A stretch of 64,000 nt of DNA from an uncultured Acidobacteriota bacterium (GTDB lineage: Bacteria > Acidobacteriota > Thermoanaerobaculia > UBA5066), in the NCBI GenBank assembly GCA_963721385.1, contig CAVRJB010000008.1, forward strand, positions 42,074 through 106,073. Reading direction: 5' to 3'. Position numbers and translations under genes: made by a program. The notes below the pieces were generated by a model that had not been told where the DNA came from, did not search any database, and worked only from the letters and a program-made list of their open reading frames with translations. Position 1 is the first letter of the stretch. Each line of letters starts with the position of its first letter. Shown here piece after piece: positions 55,473-64,000 of the stretch.

Positions 55473-56849
55473 TCAGGGCGCCCGCAGCACGAGGAGCCGC
55501 GGTTCCGTGAACTCTTCCATGGCGTAGAGCGGCCCTTCCCGTCCCGTTCCCGACTCCTTGACGCCGCCGTACGGCATCCGGTCGGCCCGCCACGTCGGGA
55601 CGTCGTTCACGACGACCGCGCCGACCTCGAGCGTCTCGAAGGCCGTCTCGATCCGGCCGAGGTCGCGCGTGAAGATCCCCGCCTGAAGGCCGAACGCCGA
55701 ATCGTTCACGCGGCGCAGCGCCTCGTCCCACGTGTCGTAGGGCGAGAGTGTGACGACCGGCGCGAAGACCTCCTGGCACTCGACCTTCATCTCGCGCGCC
55801 GTCTCCGCCAGCACCGTCGGCTCGAGGACGGCGCCCGTCCGCTTCCCGCCGCAGAGGAGCTTCGCGCCCGCGGCGACGGCCTCCAGGATCCAGCTCTCCG
55901 CCCGGACCGCCTCGCTCTCGGCGATCATGGGGCCGACGTCGACCGCGTCGTCGAGCGGGTCGCCCGTCTTCAGCTTCCCGACGGCCGCGAGGAAGGCGCT
56001 CTGGAACGCCGCGAAGACGGGCCTGTGGACGAGGACTCGCTGGACCGAGATGCACGACTGGCCGGCGTAGAGGAAACCGCCCGTGGCGGCGCGCGCCGCG
56101 GCGTCGGCGACGTCGGCGTCCCCGTGGACGACGAAGCCGGCGTTCCCGCCCAGCTCGAGGCCGACGCGCTTTTTCGGCACCAGCTCCTTCAGCCGCCAGC
56201 CGACGGCCGCCGAGCCGGTGAATGACACGACCGGGAGCCGCGGGTCGGTGACGAGCGTCTCGCCGTCCCGGCCGGAAACCGGCAGGACCGCGTAGGCGTC
56301 CTCCGGCCATCCGGCCGAAAGGACGATCTCCCGGAGCGCCAGCGCCGAGAGCGGCGTCTGCGACGCCGGTTTCTGGACGACGGGGGCGCCGACGCCGAGC
56401 GCCGGGGCCACCTTGTGCGCCGTCAGGTTCAGCGGGAAGTTGAACGGCGTGATCGCGCAGACCGGCCCCAGCGGAAAGCGCCGGAGGACACCCCACTTCC
56501 CGAGCGAGCCGGCGTTGACGTCGAGCGGGAAATGCGTCCCCGTTCCCGTCTCGACGACCGCCGCGGCGGCCTGGAACGTCCCCGCCGCTCGGTCGACCTC
56601 GGCGCGGGCCGCCTTCATCGGCTTTCCCGCCTCGAGAGCGATCGTCCTCGCGAGCGCCTCCCTTTTTTCCGCAAGAGCACCTGCGACCGCGCGGAGGATC
56701 TCGGCCCGGCGGTACGTCGGCAGCTTTCGCGTCGTCTCGAACGCCCGCGCGGCCTTCGCGACGGCGGCCTCGACCTCGACGGGCGACGGGACCGCCACCC
56801 GGCCTACCTCGCGCCCGTCGTACGGAGCACGGACGACCCGCTGCGTCAT
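55473..56849 (-). CDS. NAD(P)-dependent aldehyde dehydrogenase
   Basis: 458 aa. LELGGNAG (catalytic Glu) and GQSCIS (catalytic Cys) motifs. Start overlaps the upstream stop. Confidence 0.85.
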   Translation of the reverse strand: MTQRVVRAPYDGREVGRVAVPSPVEVEAAVAKAARAFETTRKLPTYRRAEILRAVAGALAEKREALARTIALEAGKPMKAARAEVDRAAGTFQAAAAVVETGTGTHFPLDVNAGSLGKWGVLRRFPLGPVCAITPFNFPLNLTAHKVAPALGVGAPVVQKPASQTPLSALALREIVLSAGWPEDAYAVLPVSGRDGETLVTDPRLPVVSFTGSAAVGWRLKELVPKKRVGLELGGNAGFVVHGDADVADAAARAATGGFLYAGQSCISVQRVLVHRPVFAAFQSAFLAAVGKLKTGDPLDDAVDVGPMIAESEAVRAESWILEAVAAGAKLLCGGKRTGAVLEPTVLAETAREMKVECQEVFAPVVTLSPYDTWDEALRRVNDSAFGLQAGIFTRDLGRIETAFETLEVGAVVVNDVPTWRADRMPYGGVKESGTGREGPLYAMEEFTEPRLLVLRAP

Positions 56850-58183
56850 TTCTTCTCCTCCTCCGGAAGCTGGTCGGGATTCCAGACCTTCGGCGCGGTC
56901 CAGGCCCGCGCCGTGAAGAAGGCCGAGAAGGCACGTCCGAGGAGCGGCGACGGCCGCCGCGCCTCGAAGGCGTCGACGAGGCGCTGCACCTCGGCCGGCG
57001 CCGAGGCGGGAACGGCGAGCCGGACGAGCGAGAGCAGCCCGGCCGGCGCCTCGAGACGCACCTTCTCCCACGCCTCCGTCAGCGCGCCTTCCTCCGCCGG
57101 CGCGAGCGGCGTGACACCGGTCAGCGAGAGCTTTCCGGAGAGGACCGCGAAGAGGAGCGGCAGGTCGCGGAGGACCGGCACCGCGGTCTCGAAGCGAAAC
57201 GTCGTGAACGGCTGCCGTCCGGACTCCCCGTTTCCGTTGAGGGTCAACTCGCGTCGCGCGTGGCCGGCGTTGGCGATGAGCGACCAGACGAGCGCCACGG
57301 GCCAGAGGGGGAGCGAGAGGACGAGGAGAAAGAGAGCGACGCCCCTTCCACCGGCGGCCTGCTTCCCGGCGGCGGCCGGCAGCCGGTCGGACAGCTTCGA
57401 GACGGCGCCCGTCGCCGCGTCGACGACGACGTTCCCCGAGACGACGGCGCTTTCCAGCGAGACGCCCGGCGGGATCGCCGTCTTGGGGAGGACGCTCGTC
57501 TCCGCAAGCGAGGCGCCCGCGAAGACGACGGACTCCTCGCCCACCGTCGCGCCGGGAAGGAGCTTCGCCCCCTTCTCGACCTCGGCGCGCGGCGACACGG
57601 CCGGCGCCGCCCCCCGGTCGGCGGCGCGGTAGGACGCCACCGAGTCGAGAAGCGGGACTCTTGTCTTCAGCTCCAGCGCCACGTGATCCCGGTCGAGCGC
57701 CCAGTCGGGCGAGGCCGGCTCGCGCGGCAGCTCCTTCTTCTTGATGGCTCCCGGCAGGAGCCGCCAGAAACCGGCGGGCTTTCCGCCCGAAACGCCTGCC
57801 ACGATCGGCCCGCGCTTCTCCTCCACCTCGCGGAGGAACTCGCCGAGGGCCTCGTGGGCGCCGACGTCGCCGCGGAGGACGAGTGTCTCGCCGTCGAGGC
57901 GGTGCTCGAGCCGGCGGAGGACGTCGCCGACGCTCTCCTCTTCCTCGCGCCGGAGTGTCTCGAGCGCGATTCCCCACCGGATCCCCTTGCCGAAGCGGCG
58001 CTCGATCCCGGAAGCACGGGGACCGACGACGAGGAGGGCGTCGCGGATGCCGGAGGCGACGAGCGACGTGAGCATCCGCTCGAGCGCCGGGACCCCCCCC
58101 AGCGGGAGAAGGGCCGGAACGATCCGGTCCGCGAGAGGCCCGAAGGCGGAGCCGTCGCGGTCCGCGAAGACGACGGTGGTCAT
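56846..58183 (-). CDS. nucleotidyltransferase-like / left-handed beta-helix protein fused to a C-terminal bacterial sugar-transferase-like domain
   Basis: N-terminal NTP-transferase-like region, then hexapeptide-repeat-like segments, then a TM segment and QPFTTFRFET...LPLLFAVLSGKLSLTG. That last stretch resembles the KFRTM...LPQLFNVLKGDMSLVG core of polyprenyl-phosphate sugar transferases. Confidence 0.5.
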   Translation of the reverse strand: MTTVVFADRDGSAFGPLADRIVPALLPLGGVPALERMLTSLVASGIRDALLVVGPRASGIERRFGKGIRWGIALETLRREEEESVGDVLRRLEHRLDGETLVLRGDVGAHEALGEFLREVEEKRGPIVAGVSGGKPAGFWRLLPGAIKKKELPREPASPDWALDRDHVALELKTRVPLLDSVASYRAADRGAAPAVSPRAEVEKGAKLLPGATVGEESVVFAGASLAETSVLPKTAIPPGVSLESAVVSGNVVVDAATGAVSKLSDRLPAAAGKQAAGGRGVALFLLVLSLPLWPVALVWSLIANAGHARRELTLNGNGESGRQPFTTFRFETAVPVLRDLPLLFAVLSGKLSLTGVTPLAPAEEGALTEAWEKVRLEAPAGLLSLVRLAVPASAPAEVQRLVDAFEARRPSPLLGRAFSAFFTARAWTAPKVWNPDQLPEEEKK

Positions 58184-58196
58184 GGGAGAGCGATTA

Positions 58197-59972
58197 TCAA
58201 CGAGGAACGAAGACGCGGAGGCCCGTCGTCCTTCCGGCTCGCGCGTCGACCTGCGCCGTGACGTCCCGGAGCTCGGCCATCATCGCCTCGCGAACCGCAA
58301 CGGGCGGCGCAAGTGGCCCCGGCGGGGCATCTTCCTGGTAGATCCAGGCGCGGACCTTTTCGGCGCGGGCCTCGGCGACGAGCGCCTCGGGCGACGCCAT
58401 TCCCTCCCACGAGCTGCCGGTCCGGAAGAGGAGGAACTCCAGCGCCTCCAGCTCGGCGCCCCGGAACGAAACCTCGGCCGGCCGCGCGGGGGCGACCAGC
58501 GGCGAGATCTGCGCGGCCGTCTCGCGCGCGCCCGTCCGGTGCCCGAGGAGCGCGAGCCCGATGGCCCTCACCGACTCGACGCCCGCCGCGACGAGGAGCC
58601 CCGAGAGGAAGACGGCCGCCAGCCGGCCCCCGAGGAGCCGGGCGCCGAGGCCGCGCAGGAGGAGCGCCGAGGCGAGCGCGACGCCCCCGATCGCGGCGAG
58701 CGCGGCGGTCACGTCCACGGGGCGTTCCTTCCCGCCGAAGAGAGGCTCCACCGGCGACGCCGCGAGGACGGCGGCGACGGCGAGGATGAAGAGACCCGCG
58801 AGCGCCGTCGCCAGCGTCTCGCGCTTCTTGCGCTCCAGATCGGCCGACGGCCTGAGGAGCGCGGCCCCCCCGAGGCCCGCGAGCGCCGCGATCGCGGGAA
58901 GGACCGGGATCGAGGAAAGCCGGAGCCGCCCCGCCACGGCGACGACGACGACCAGCTCGACGAGGTAGACGCTCCAGAGGACGCGGTGGTCGAGCCGCCG
59001 CGCGCCGCCGGTCGCGCCGGAGTCGACCTCCCCCTCGCCCACCGGCCGCGACAGGACGGCCACGCCCGCACCCGCGAGCGGCAGGAAGAAGAAGAGCGTG
59101 GAGACGAGGCTCTTCGGGTCCGCGGCGAAGGCCGTCGGCGCCGCCGCCACGCGGGCCGCCGCCTCCGACGCGCCGAAGAGCGTCGCCAGCTGGAAGCCGA
59201 AGAGGTCCGGCCGGAAGAGCGCGACCGCGAAGAGCCGCGCCCCGCCGATCAGGACGAAGGCGGCCGCGAGGAGCCCCAGCGCGCGCCACGTCCGGCCGAG
59301 ACCGAAGAGGTGCGGCCTCGCGACGAGCGCAATCAGGAGCGGCAGCATGTAGAGGCCGACGGCGTAGCCCTTCGCGAGGAAGCCGAGCCCGAAAAAGAGC
59401 CCGGCGAGCGCCCCCTCGAAGGGCTCGTCCTCCTCGAAGGCGCGGAGGCCGAAGAGAATGCCGGCGAGGCCGCTGGCGGCGAGCGTCGGCTCGACGGTCG
59501 CCGCGCGCGAGGCCGAGACGAGGGGCGGGAGAAGCGCGGCGAAGGCTCCGGCGAGATGCCCCGCCGGCTGCCCCCAGCCGCGCCGGATGATCCGCTCGAG
59601 GACGAAGGCGCCGACGAGGCCGGCGATCGCCGACGGAATCCGGATCGCCCACTCCTCCGGCCCGAAGACGCGCACCATCACGGAGAGGACGACCGGAAAG
59701 AGGATCGGCGTTCCCGCCGGCGCGCCGAGCGGCGTCGCCGAGAGCGCGAGGGCCTGCGCCCCGTCTCCTTCCACCAGATTCCGCGCGCCGATCGCCCACG
59801 TTCCTTCGTCCGCCCCGAAGAGGTCGGGCCGCCCGAGGAGGATGAGGCGCAGAAGCGCGCCGGCCAGGAGAGCCAGCGCGAAGAGAAGCCGCCCCGAGGC
59901 TTCGGGATCGTCGGCTTTCGGGCCCTCTGCCGTCACGGCGACGAGTATACGGACGCCTCCCGGGCGGTCCAT
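58197..59972 (-). CDS. GT-C family membrane glycosyltransferase (ArnT/PMT, GT39/GT83-like)
   Basis: 591 aa with about 12 TM helices and an N-terminal DE-containing loop (GADEGTW). Confidence 0.55.
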   Translation of the reverse strand: MDRPGGVRILVAVTAEGPKADDPEASGRLLFALALLAGALLRLILLGRPDLFGADEGTWAIGARNLVEGDGAQALALSATPLGAPAGTPILFPVVLSVMVRVFGPEEWAIRIPSAIAGLVGAFVLERIIRRGWGQPAGHLAGAFAALLPPLVSASRAATVEPTLAASGLAGILFGLRAFEEDEPFEGALAGLFFGLGFLAKGYAVGLYMLPLLIALVARPHLFGLGRTWRALGLLAAAFVLIGGARLFAVALFRPDLFGFQLATLFGASEAAARVAAAPTAFAADPKSLVSTLFFFLPLAGAGVAVLSRPVGEGEVDSGATGGARRLDHRVLWSVYLVELVVVVAVAGRLRLSSIPVLPAIAALAGLGGAALLRPSADLERKKRETLATALAGLFILAVAAVLAASPVEPLFGGKERPVDVTAALAAIGGVALASALLLRGLGARLLGGRLAAVFLSGLLVAAGVESVRAIGLALLGHRTGARETAAQISPLVAPARPAEVSFRGAELEALEFLLFRTGSSWEGMASPEALVAEARAEKVRAWIYQEDAPPGPLAPPVAVREAMMAELRDVTAQVDARAGRTTGLRVFVPR

Positions 59973-59983
59973 ACTTCGCCGCC

Positions 59984-60745
59984 GTGCCGCGCCTCTCGGT
60001 CACGATCATCGCGAGGGACGAGGAGGACCGCCTCCCCGCGGCCCTCGCGTCGGCGGCGTTCGCCGACGAGATCGTCGTCGTCGTCGACGCCGCGTCAGCC
60101 GACCGGACGGAGAGTGTCGCGCGCGCCGCGGGGGCGCGCGTCCTCGTCCGCGCCTTCGGCGGCTTCGGCCCCCAGAAGAACGCCGCGGCCGACGCGGCCT
60201 CGCACCCCTGGGTCCTGAACCTCGACGCCGACGAGGTCGTGATGCCGCCGCTCGCGGCGGAGATCACGGAGACGATCGAGCGGGACGTGGCCGCAGCCTT
60301 CCGGGTCCCGATTCACCTCGAGTTCCTCGGCCGGGCGCTCCGCTTCGGACGCCACACCGTCTCGGCGCCCGTCCGCCTCTACCGCCGCGACCGCGCACGC
60401 TTCTCCGACGAAGCCGTCCACGAGAAGATCGTCCACGAAGGGCCCGCGCCTCGACTCCGGGGGACGATCGTCCACCGCTCGTACCGGGACCTCGCGCACT
60501 ACCTCGAGAAGTTCGACCGCTACACGACCCTCGGGGCGGCCTCGCGTTTCGCGGACGGGGAGGCCCCGTCCCGCTTTCCGGCCCTTCGCTTCGCGTTCGA
60601 CGTCCTCGACCGCGCCGTTCTCCACCTCGGCCTCCTCGACGGCGTCCCGGGCCTCACGTTCGCGGTCCTCTCCGCGGGAAACACCTACTTCCGTAACCGG
60701 AAGCTCGAAGAGCGGCGCCAGGCGGCGACGGGAAACGCCCCGTGA
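59984..60745 (+). CDS. family 2 glycosyltransferase
   Basis: SVTIIARDEE...LDADE (DxD) pattern. Confidence 0.7.
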   Translation: MPRLSVTIIARDEEDRLPAALASAAFADEIVVVVDAASADRTESVARAAGARVLVRAFGGFGPQKNAAADAASHPWVLNLDADEVVMPPLAAEITETIERDVAAAFRVPIHLEFLGRALRFGRHTVSAPVRLYRRDRARFSDEAVHEKIVHEGPAPRLRGTIVHRSYRDLAHYLEKFDRYTTLGAASRFADGEAPSRFPALRFAFDVLDRAVLHLGLLDGVPGLTFAVLSAGNTYFRNRKLEERRQAATGNAP

Positions 60746-61527
60746 ACGCCGCTGCGCTCGTCGCGGCCGGGACCGGCCTCGCCGGCCTGGCGTTCTCTCT
60801 CCGGTTCCACTGGTGGCGGCCTCGGCGACCCGGCGTCCCGATCCTGATGTACCACCAGGTCGCGCCGCACAAGGGCGGCTCCCCGCTCAACCGGTGGCGG
60901 GTGCCGCCGGCCGACTTCGAGCGGCAGCTCGACCACCTCGCCGCGCTGGGACTCCGCGGCGTGACTCTCCGGGAGCTGCTCGACGAGCCGGGCGGCAGCG
61001 AGAAGCGCGTCGTCCTGACGTTCGACGACGGCTACGAGGCGATCCGGACGGTGGCGCTTCCCCTGCTCCGCGCCCGCGGATTCTCCGCCACGGTCTTCGC
61101 CGTCAGCGGCCGGCTCGGCGGGACCAACGACTGGGACCGCGAGCGCCCCGGTGAGTCGCTTCTCTCGGCCGACGGGCTCCGCGAGTTGCACGCCGCCGGA
61201 ATCGAGATCGGCTCGCACGGCGCGACGCACCGCGCGCTGACGTCGCTCCTGGACGCCGAGCTTGCGGCGGAGACCGCGGGGAGCCGCGCGGCCCTCGAGG
61301 AGATCCTCGGCGCGCCGGTCGTCTCGTTCTGCTACCCCTACGGCGCCTTCGACGCCCGCACGGTCGAAGCCGTCCGGCGGGCAGGCTATCGCGCGGCGAC
61401 CGTCATCCGGGGCGGCATTCCGCCCGACCTCTCGGATCCCCTCCGCCTTCCGCGCGTCGCGATCCGCGGCACCGACACCGTTCTCGATTTCCGCCTCGCC
61501 CTGACGCGCGGCCGCTCGAAGTTCTGA
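60742..61527 (+). CDS. polysaccharide deacetylase (NodB homology domain)
   Basis: TFDDGY, HGATH and other NodB motifs. N-terminal TM anchor. GTG start overlaps the upstream stop. Confidence 0.75.
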   Translation: MNAAALVAAGTGLAGLAFSLRFHWWRPRRPGVPILMYHQVAPHKGGSPLNRWRVPPADFERQLDHLAALGLRGVTLRELLDEPGGSEKRVVLTFDDGYEAIRTVALPLLRARGFSATVFAVSGRLGGTNDWDRERPGESLLSADGLRELHAAGIEIGSHGATHRALTSLLDAELAAETAGSRAALEEILGAPVVSFCYPYGAFDARTVEAVRRAGYRAATVIRGGIPPDLSDPLRLPRVAIRGTDTVLDFRLALTRGRSKF

Positions 61528-61528
61528 C

Positions 61529-62719
61529 TCAGACGTCGCGCCCGAGGGCGGCCGCCCGCTGGCGAAGCGCGTCGCGGGGCGCGTCGTCGGGGAGATCGAG
61601 GAGGACCGGCGCGACGGGAAGGTCTCCCGGGTCCCAGTCGAGGAGGGCCGCGAGGGCGGGGGCCACGCGCTCGGCGGGCTCCCACGCCCGGGCGGCGCGG
61701 CGCGCGGGGAGCGCCAGCGCCGCTCGCTCCTCGGCCTCGTTCTCCGGGTCGAAGAGCGAGCCCTCGGCGAGCCGCTTCCTCCGTGCCTCGAGAACGCAGG
61801 TGTATTCGGTCCAGTCGGGCAGCGGGACGTCGAGCCGCTCCTCCTCGGAAAGGCGCAGCACTTCGAGCCACCGGTCGACCGCGCGCGCGACCTGTCGCCG
61901 CGCGTCGGGTGCCGGGTCCCGTTCCTGGACTTTCTCCCGAGCCTCGACGGCGGCGTGGTGCCGGTCGAGGAGGTCGCGAAAGCGCGTCCACGTCATCCGC
62001 GCCTGGAAGCCCTTCTTCGGCCCCTCGTCGACTCCCCCCCGCCCGAGGTCCCGCAGGGCTTCGTCGCGCGCTCTCAGGCCGGGGACCCATCGCCCCGCCG
62101 ACAGGAGCACCACCGAGCCGAGGTCGAGGTCCGTCGCCGCGACCGCGCGGAGGGCGGAGCGGGCCGGTTCTCCCGAGGGCGAGCGGTCGACGGCGCGCTC
62201 GGCCGAAAGGAGCGAAGCGCCGCAGCGGACGAGGAGGCGCAGCGCTTCGAGCGGAACCGGCGCGATCCGGGCGGGATCGGGCGCGCCCGCGAGGAGCGAG
62301 GACGGCCCCGCGACGACGCGGTTCGCGGCGACGAGCTCGAGCGTCGCCAGCGTCGGCGGGAGGAGCGGCAGCTCGGCGCGCGCCACGGTCGCAATCACGA
62401 AGGAGACACGACGCGCTTTCGCCGCCTCGGCGGCGACCTTCCGGACGCCCTTCGCGAGGGCGGAGGCCCTCCGGACGGAGGCGTCGAGGACGACGAGGAG
62501 TTCGAGCGGGTCGGTCAGCGTCACGGTGCCGTCCTCGCCGCGCGTCGCGAGCCCCTCCCCGGCAGCCGGCGGGCCGCCGAGCGCCGCGCCGAGGAGCGCG
62601 TCTCCCGCGGCGTCGCCCGCGGCCGAGACGAGTGCAGCGAGCGCGGCCTTCCCGCGTGCTTCCGCCTCGGGATCGCGGCAGAGCGTCAACGCCTGGAGGG
62701 CGGAACGGCTTTCGGACAC
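61529..62719 (-). CDS. hypothetical protein
   Basis: 396-aa ORF with a GTG start. No family recognised. Confidence 0.4.
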   Translation of the reverse strand: MSESRSALQALTLCRDPEAEARGKAALAALVSAAGDAAGDALLGAALGGPPAAGEGLATRGEDGTVTLTDPLELLVVLDASVRRASALAKGVRKVAAEAAKARRVSFVIATVARAELPLLPPTLATLELVAANRVVAGPSSLLAGAPDPARIAPVPLEALRLLVRCGASLLSAERAVDRSPSGEPARSALRAVAATDLDLGSVVLLSAGRWVPGLRARDEALRDLGRGGVDEGPKKGFQARMTWTRFRDLLDRHHAAVEAREKVQERDPAPDARRQVARAVDRWLEVLRLSEEERLDVPLPDWTEYTCVLEARRKRLAEGSLFDPENEAEERAALALPARRAARAWEPAERVAPALAALLDWDPGDLPVAPVLLDLPDDAPRDALRQRAAALGRDV

Positions 62720-62739
62720 GTCGGGGCGAGAATAGCGAA

Positions 62740-63552
62740 GTGAAGGAATCCAGGACGTCCCGGATCCTCCGCGCCACGATCGAGTACGACGGCGCCCGCT
62801 ACCGGGGCTGGCAGTCGCAGATGAACGCCCGCACCGTGCAGGGGGCGCTTTACGGCGCCGTCAAGCCGGTCCTCGGCGAGGGGACGCGGATCTTCGGGTC
62901 CGGGCGGACCGACGCCGGCGTCCACGCGCTCGGACAGGTCGCCTCGCTCTCACTCACGCACTCGGTCCCGGTCGGCGAGCTGCCGCGCCTCCGGCGCGCG
63001 ATCAACGACGGCCTCCCGCCCGACGTCCACGTCCTCGCCCTCCAGCCGGCGCCGCCCGGCTTCCACGCCCGGCACGACGCGGCGCTCCGGATCTACCGCT
63101 ACCGGCTCTCGCGGCGGCGGACCGCCTTCGGCAAGCCGTGGGTCTGGTGGGTGAAGGACCCGCTGGACGCCGCCGCCATGAAAAAGGCCGCCACGCTCTT
63201 CGCCGGGCGGCACGACTTCGCGAGCTTCTGCGAGAACGCGCCGGGTCACGATTCGACCCTCGTGGAGGTCGCGTGGGCGAAGGTGGAGACGCCCGCCTCC
63301 GTCCCCGACCTGATCCTCTTCCGGATCGCCGCCTCGCACTTCCTCTGGAAGATGGTGCGCCGCCTCGTCGGGACTCTCGTCGAGGTCGGGGCGGGACGGA
63401 TGAGCGTGCAGAAGGTCGCCTCGTTTCTCGAGGCGAAGTCCACGGAGCCCGCGCGGCTCACCGCGCCGCCGTCGGGCCTCTTTCTCGAGACGGTGGTCTA
63501 CGAGGGAGACCCGCCGCCGCCCGAGATCGACCCGCTTCGGCCCGGCTGGTGA
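62740..63552 (+). CDS. truA: tRNA pseudouridine(38-40) synthase
   Basis: RILRATIEYDGARYRGWQSQ...GRTDAGVHALGQV (catalytic Asp) motifs. Start placed at an in-frame GTG, so the coordinate is +/-3. Confidence 0.85.
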   Translation: MKESRTSRILRATIEYDGARYRGWQSQMNARTVQGALYGAVKPVLGEGTRIFGSGRTDAGVHALGQVASLSLTHSVPVGELPRLRRAINDGLPPDVHVLALQPAPPGFHARHDAALRIYRYRLSRRRTAFGKPWVWWVKDPLDAAAMKKAATLFAGRHDFASFCENAPGHDSTLVEVAWAKVETPASVPDLILFRIAASHFLWKMVRRLVGTLVEVGAGRMSVQKVASFLEAKSTEPARLTAPPSGLFLETVVYEGDPPPPEIDPLRPGW

Positions 63553-63604
63553 CGAAGCGAGGCGCGTTGCGAAGCGCCCGGCGCCGTGGTCTCATGGCCT
63601 CGCC

Positions 63605-64000
63605 ATGAGGTTCTCCCCGGCCGCTGCCTCTCTGCTCGCCGTCGCTCTCGCAGCTCTCGCAGCTCTCGCCCCCCTCCCTGCGGCCGCGGCCGCGCCCGCC
63701 GCTGTCGCGGCAGACAAGGCCGGCTTCACGGTGCCCTTTCTGCAGGGGAAGCCCTTCGCGGAGCTCCTGAAGAGGGCGCGCGCCGAGAACAAGCCCCTCA
63801 TGGTGGACATGTACGCGGTCTGGTGTGGCCCCTGCAAGCTGATGGACCGGACGACGTTCTCGGACCCGGCCGTCGGCGACTGGGCGAAGCGGAACGTCAT
63901 CTCGGTCAAGATCGACGCGGAAAAGGGAGAAGGGCGGAAGCTCGCGCAGCGTTACATGGTCGCCTCGTTTCCGACAATCCTCTTCATCGACCCGAGCGGT
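63605..64000 (+). CDS. secreted thioredoxin-like protein (WCGPCK active site), 3' end outside the window
   Basis: Signal peptide and VDMYAVWCGPCK. The ORF runs off the window end in frame. Confidence 0.65.
   Translation, partial: MRFSPAAASLLAVALAALAALAPLPAAAAAPAAVAADKAGFTVPFLQGKPFAELLKRARAENKPLMVDMYAVWCGPCKLMDRTTFSDPAVGDWAKRNVISVKIDAEKGEGRKLAQRYMVASFPTILFIDPSG

Overview
The window is a high-GC (about 70 %) bacterial chromosome segment, and heavy GTG start-codon use is common. The gene repertoire suggests Acidobacteriota or a similar soil lineage, but this is a guess. Many long ORFs in the supplied track are antisense or read-through artefacts of the GC bias; I kept only ORFs with recognisable protein families or clear start/stop context.

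Positions 1-39900 are mostly core genes. They include ftsEX, gatB, a GlcD-like oxidase, a class II aldolase-like protein, an LpxL-like acyltransferase, queF, lepB, a Fur-family regulator, a rhodanese/DoxX pair, a PLP decarboxylase, a multi-GAF signalling protein, two Hanks-type Ser/Thr kinases, a CsgG lipoprotein, a FabH-like KAS III, purE, murF, and a secreted peptidase operon (M16 + M16 + S9 DPP-IV).

Positions 39987-43943 hold a tight four-gene operon. It encodes a cytoplasmic thermolysin-fold (M4-like) Zn-peptidase, an MBL-fold hydrolase, a lone phage T4 gp19 / eCIS tail-tube-like protein, and a small Lys/Arg-rich protein. Three direct repeats of GCGGTCACCGGTAGG follow it.

The operon is followed directly by what I read as an integron-type gene-cassette array with no integrase in the window (a CALIN, i.e. 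a cluster of attC sites without an integrase gene). It has about 60-75 bp attC-like recombination sites with RYYYAAC / GTYRRRY inverted core sites at about 44.45, 46.40, 46.99, 47.51 and 48.09 kb. Each follows a small + strand ORF (secreted unknown, SRPBCC, two VOC/glyoxalase, membrane protein, DinB, and others), and the cassettes at 45.76-47.0 kb have lower GC. An IS3-family element (44484-45720) is inserted inside the first attC. Degenerate attC halves recur upstream of genes as far as about 54.6 kb, inside a neighbourhood rich in small detox/stress genes.

Positions 55-64 kb hold OsmC, an aldehyde dehydrogenase, an exopolysaccharide-type locus, truA and a thioredoxin-like gene that runs off the window end.

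Important caveat: at least 8-10 conserved genes carry apparent single-nucleotide frameshifts, several in homopolymers. The list is murF, the second M16 subunit, CsgG, the tail-tube gene, SRPBCC, nitrilase and the rhodanese, plus a possible extra one at a circularly permuted ATP-grasp gene. This pattern is typical of indel errors in a long-read or metagenome assembly. No pseudogene call here should be trusted without read-level verification. My hand-derived coordinates may be off by 1-2 nt where they are not taken from the ORF track.
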